A stretch of DNA of 64,000 bases from Candidatus Latescibacterota bacterium (lineage in GTDB: Bacteria; Latescibacterota; UBA2968; UBA8231), in NCBI GenBank assembly GCA_965203355.1, contig OZ241889.1, positions 1,216,001 through 1,280,000 of the forward strand. The letters run 5' to 3'. This document shows positions 61,355 through 64,000 of the stretch, piece after piece. The notes below the pieces were generated by a model. That model was not told the DNA's origin, searched no databases, and was given only the letters and a program-made list of their open reading frames with translations. Each line of letters starts with the position of its first letter. Position 1 is the stretch's first letter. The position numbers and the translations under genes are program-made.

Positions 61355-63130
61355 ATGAGCCAACGCGATCATCCTGTGTCTAAGCGCCGCCGTCACCGCC
61401 GCTCGGTTCCAATAGAGGAGATCGCGGTGCCGGCCGATGCTCGGCCATGCCCGGCAAAAGAGGGGTCGCCGACCTGCGGCTGGCGGCGTTGGCGGCGCGG
61501 TGCTCTAGCCAGCTTGGGCGTGTCGCCGGTTTTTCGCGCGTACCTCTTCCTCGGCAGCATTGCCGCTATTTTGGCTTTCCTGCTCTACAACGAATCGATC
61601 ATCGCCGAACTGCGCGAATACGAAAAGAATCGCGTCGATCTCTACGCGCATTTGATCTCGTTCACGCCGCAGGCCTCAGAAGGCCAAATTTCCACCCTCT
61701 TTACCGAGGTGATCACCAAGGTCGATTTCCCGCGGATTATCACCAATCACCGCGGCGAGATCATCCAGGCCGAGGACATTGACACGTCGAGTTGGTTGGA
61801 TAACTGGGCCTTTTGGCGCAGCCAAGCGGCGGACGCGCCCGTGGCTTCGACGGCTCAGCTACAAGAGCTAATTGAGGAAATGGACATCCAGAATCCGCCC
61901 ATTCGCTTTTATTGGTCGCCAGAGACCTTGGGGCAGCTCTACTGCGAGGGAGGGCGCGTCATCATCGCGGATACGCAAGAAGCCATTGCGGCGTGGCAGG
62001 GGACGGGTCTGCCAGCGAGCAGCGACACTTCGGCTGCGGCCCTCGCCGAGGTGCAGCGAGCGTGGGAGGAGATGGAAGCTGGAGAACCGCTGCTCTTCAG
62101 CGCGCCGGCCGCTAGCTTTAGTTATCTGCATTGGGATGAGACCCGCGCAATCATCACCGACGCTGAGGGCCAGTTTAGGGCTTGGGTGGGGCCAGGGCTT
62201 CCGCGGGCCAGCGACGATCCCACCCAAGCGGTGCAAGATCAGCTTCGGGCCTTTGTCGATAGCTTGGCCAACCAGCGCCCACCACTAGCGTTCAGGATCC
62301 CGGCCGAGCACTACATTCACTACGGCGACACGAACTTGGTTGGTCGCATTTCCCTCGCCCCTTTTGTGCAAATGGGCGTGTTGGTTCTCTTTCTGCTCGT
62401 CGGCTATATTGGCTACCGCAACATTAAGCGCAGCCAACAGCGCTCGCTCTGGGTGGGTATGGCTAAGGAGACAGCCCACCAACTCGGCACCCCACTCTCT
62501 TCGCTAGCCGGGTGGCTAGAACTGCTGCGCGACGAGGCTGCCGCCGCTCCGAAGCCAGAGCGCGACGAGCGTTGGCAGCGCGTCAGTCAGATGATCGGGG
62601 AGATGCAGCAGGACATGCGCCGCCTCGACCAAATAGCCTCGCGCTTCAGCCAGATCGGCTCGGTACCCGAACTAAAAGAAAAGGACCTAGTAGCGGTGCT
62701 GGAGGAGACGATAGAGTACTTCCAGCGGCGCGTTCCCCAGTTTGGGCGGCAGGCAATCAAACTGGAATGCCCAGACGAGTTGCCACCGGTGCCCATCAAC
62801 AACGAATTGATGAGCTGGGCGTTTGAGAATCTGTGCAAGAACGCCATGGACGCCATGGACGGTCAGGCGGGCCGCTTGTACATCCGCATGGAGCTTTTGC
62901 CCGCAAGCCGCGCCGTACGGATCGCGTTTGCGGACGACGGGCGGGGCATTGAACCCGAGCACGTCAAGCGCATCTTCGAGCCGGGGTTTAGCACCAAAAA
63001 GCGCGGCTGGGGGTTGGGGCTGGTGTTTGTCAAGCGCATCGTCGAAGAATATCACAAGGGCAAGATCAGCTTGGTGCATAGCGCGCCGGGCGAGGGCACG
63101 ACCTTTGAGGTGGTTTTGCCCTTGAGTTGA
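61355..63130 (+). CDS. Sensor histidine kinase (start codon uncertain)
   Basis: KETAHQLGTPLSSL H-box, ENLCKNA, DDGRG, FSTKKRGWGLGL; two TM segments. Confidence 0.92.
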   Translation: MSQRDHPVSKRRRHRRSVPIEEIAVPADARPCPAKEGSPTCGWRRWRRGALASLGVSPVFRAYLFLGSIAAILAFLLYNESIIAELREYEKNRVDLYAHLISFTPQASEGQISTLFTEVITKVDFPRIITNHRGEIIQAEDIDTSSWLDNWAFWRSQAADAPVASTAQLQELIEEMDIQNPPIRFYWSPETLGQLYCEGGRVIIADTQEAIAAWQGTGLPASSDTSAAALAEVQRAWEEMEAGEPLLFSAPAASFSYLHWDETRAIITDAEGQFRAWVGPGLPRASDDPTQAVQDQLRAFVDSLANQRPPLAFRIPAEHYIHYGDTNLVGRISLAPFVQMGVLVLFLLVGYIGYRNIKRSQQRSLWVGMAKETAHQLGTPLSSLAGWLELLRDEAAAAPKPERDERWQRVSQMIGEMQQDMRRLDQIASRFSQIGSVPELKEKDLVAVLEETIEYFQRRVPQFGRQAIKLECPDELPPVPINNELMSWAFENLCKNAMDAMDGQAGRLYIRMELLPASRAVRIAFADDGRGIEPEHVKRIFEPGFSTKKRGWGLGLVFVKRIVEEYHKGKISLVHSAPGEGTTFEVVLPLS

Positions 63131-63189
63131 GGAACAGCGGTGGGCACAAAGCGTTAATTTTAAGGGGGAATAACAAGTAAAGGCGACGC

Positions 63190-64000
63190 ATGGAAGGCGA
63201 CAAGCGAAAGATACTCTGGGCCGACGACGAGATTGACCTGTTGCGTGCTCACCGGCGTTTTCTCGACGAAAGGGGCTACGCGGTCACGCCGGTGAGCAAC
63301 GGCAAGGACGCCATCGCTCTGATTGCTCAAGTGCCCTTTGACATCGTACTGCTCGACGAGATGATGCCGGGGTTGGACGGGCTTTCGACCTTGGAGCAGA
63401 TCAAGGTGGCCGATCCCAACGTGCCGGTGATTATGATCACCAAGAACGAAGAAGAACACCTGATGGACGAGGCCATTGGTCGCCGCATCGACAATTATCT
63501 GACCAAGCCGGTCAATCCCAGCCAGATTTTCATGGCTTGTAAACAGTTGCTCGACGCGCGGCAGATTCGCCAAAGCCAAGCCGGGCAGCACTACGTCTCG
63601 CGGGCTGGCCAGATCCGCGAGCAGATTGCGGGCGCGACTTGGCAGACGTGGATTGATGTACATCGGCAGCTTTGCGAGTGGGACATTGAAGGGACGCGCT
63701 TGGGCGACGCCGGGCTCGGCCAGATGATTGGGGATCAGCGGCGCGAGTGCAACCGCGAGTTTGGGCGCTTTGTCGAGCAGCATTACACGGGCTGGGTAGC
63801 AGACGAGGAGGATTCGCCGCCCTTGTCGGTGGATGTGGTGCCCGAGTTCGTGATGCCCTATCTCGAACAGGGCCGACAGGTATTCTTTATCGTGGTTGAT
63901 TGCCTGCGCTTGGATCACTGGATGGTGATGGAGCCGCAGCTAGCCGAGTACTTCAACATCAAGCGATCCTACCACTATTCGATTTTGCCGACGGCCACGC
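63190..64000 (+). CDS. porX: PorX-like response regulator with PglZ/alkaline-phosphatase domain (3'-truncated)
   Basis: KILWADDEIDLL, LLDEMMPG, MITKNEEE, YLTKPVNPSQI, VVDCLRLDHW, SILPTAT. Confidence 0.85.
   Translation, partial: MEGDKRKILWADDEIDLLRAHRRFLDERGYAVTPVSNGKDAIALIAQVPFDIVLLDEMMPGLDGLSTLEQIKVADPNVPVIMITKNEEEHLMDEAIGRRIDNYLTKPVNPSQIFMACKQLLDARQIRQSQAGQHYVSRAGQIREQIAGATWQTWIDVHRQLCEWDIEGTRLGDAGLGQMIGDQRRECNREFGRFVEQHYTGWVADEEDSPPLSVDVVPEFVMPYLEQGRQVFFIVVDCLRLDHWMVMEPQLAEYFNIKRSYHYSILPTAT

Noticed and set aside
63190-64000. PglZ domain as evidence of a BREX system
   Set aside because: It is the C-terminal domain of a PorX-type response regulator next to a histidine kinase; no brx genes

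Overview
High-GC bacterial chromosome segment of mostly housekeeping and metabolic genes (mlaEF, folA, aspC, nadC, proS, thrS, ilvB-like, copA, xylB, glyA, glk, zwf, a histidine kinase and a PorX-like regulator). PorX, a C-terminal TWGxIK motif, a sulfatase, a PhyH dioxygenase and ankyrin lipoproteins suggest an FCB-group (Latescibacterota/Gemmatimonadota-like), possibly sponge-associated organism; this is inference. Three lower-GC accessory islets carry defence-type genes. (1) A type I R-M locus whose HsdS is fused in one ORF to an intact MNT nucleotidyltransferase and HEPN RNase (type VII TA signature), bracketed by a 32-bp direct repeat. (2) A solitary HK97-fold phage major capsid/encapsulin-like domain fused to a catalytically degenerate MNT, followed by a frameshifted HEPN gene. 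(3) A decayed AAA-DUF4143 / DUF488 cassette. The strongest candidate for a new system is MNT-HEPN toxin-antitoxin modules grafted onto bait domains (phage capsid, HsdS). Also found: a Thr-rich leader-peptide attenuator before thrS, a GT3 glycogen-synthase-like/lipoprotein fusion, and a family of heptamer-based intergenic repeat elements. No CRISPR array, rRNA, tRNA, integrase or transposase was recognised. All domain calls come from reading motifs, not from database searches.
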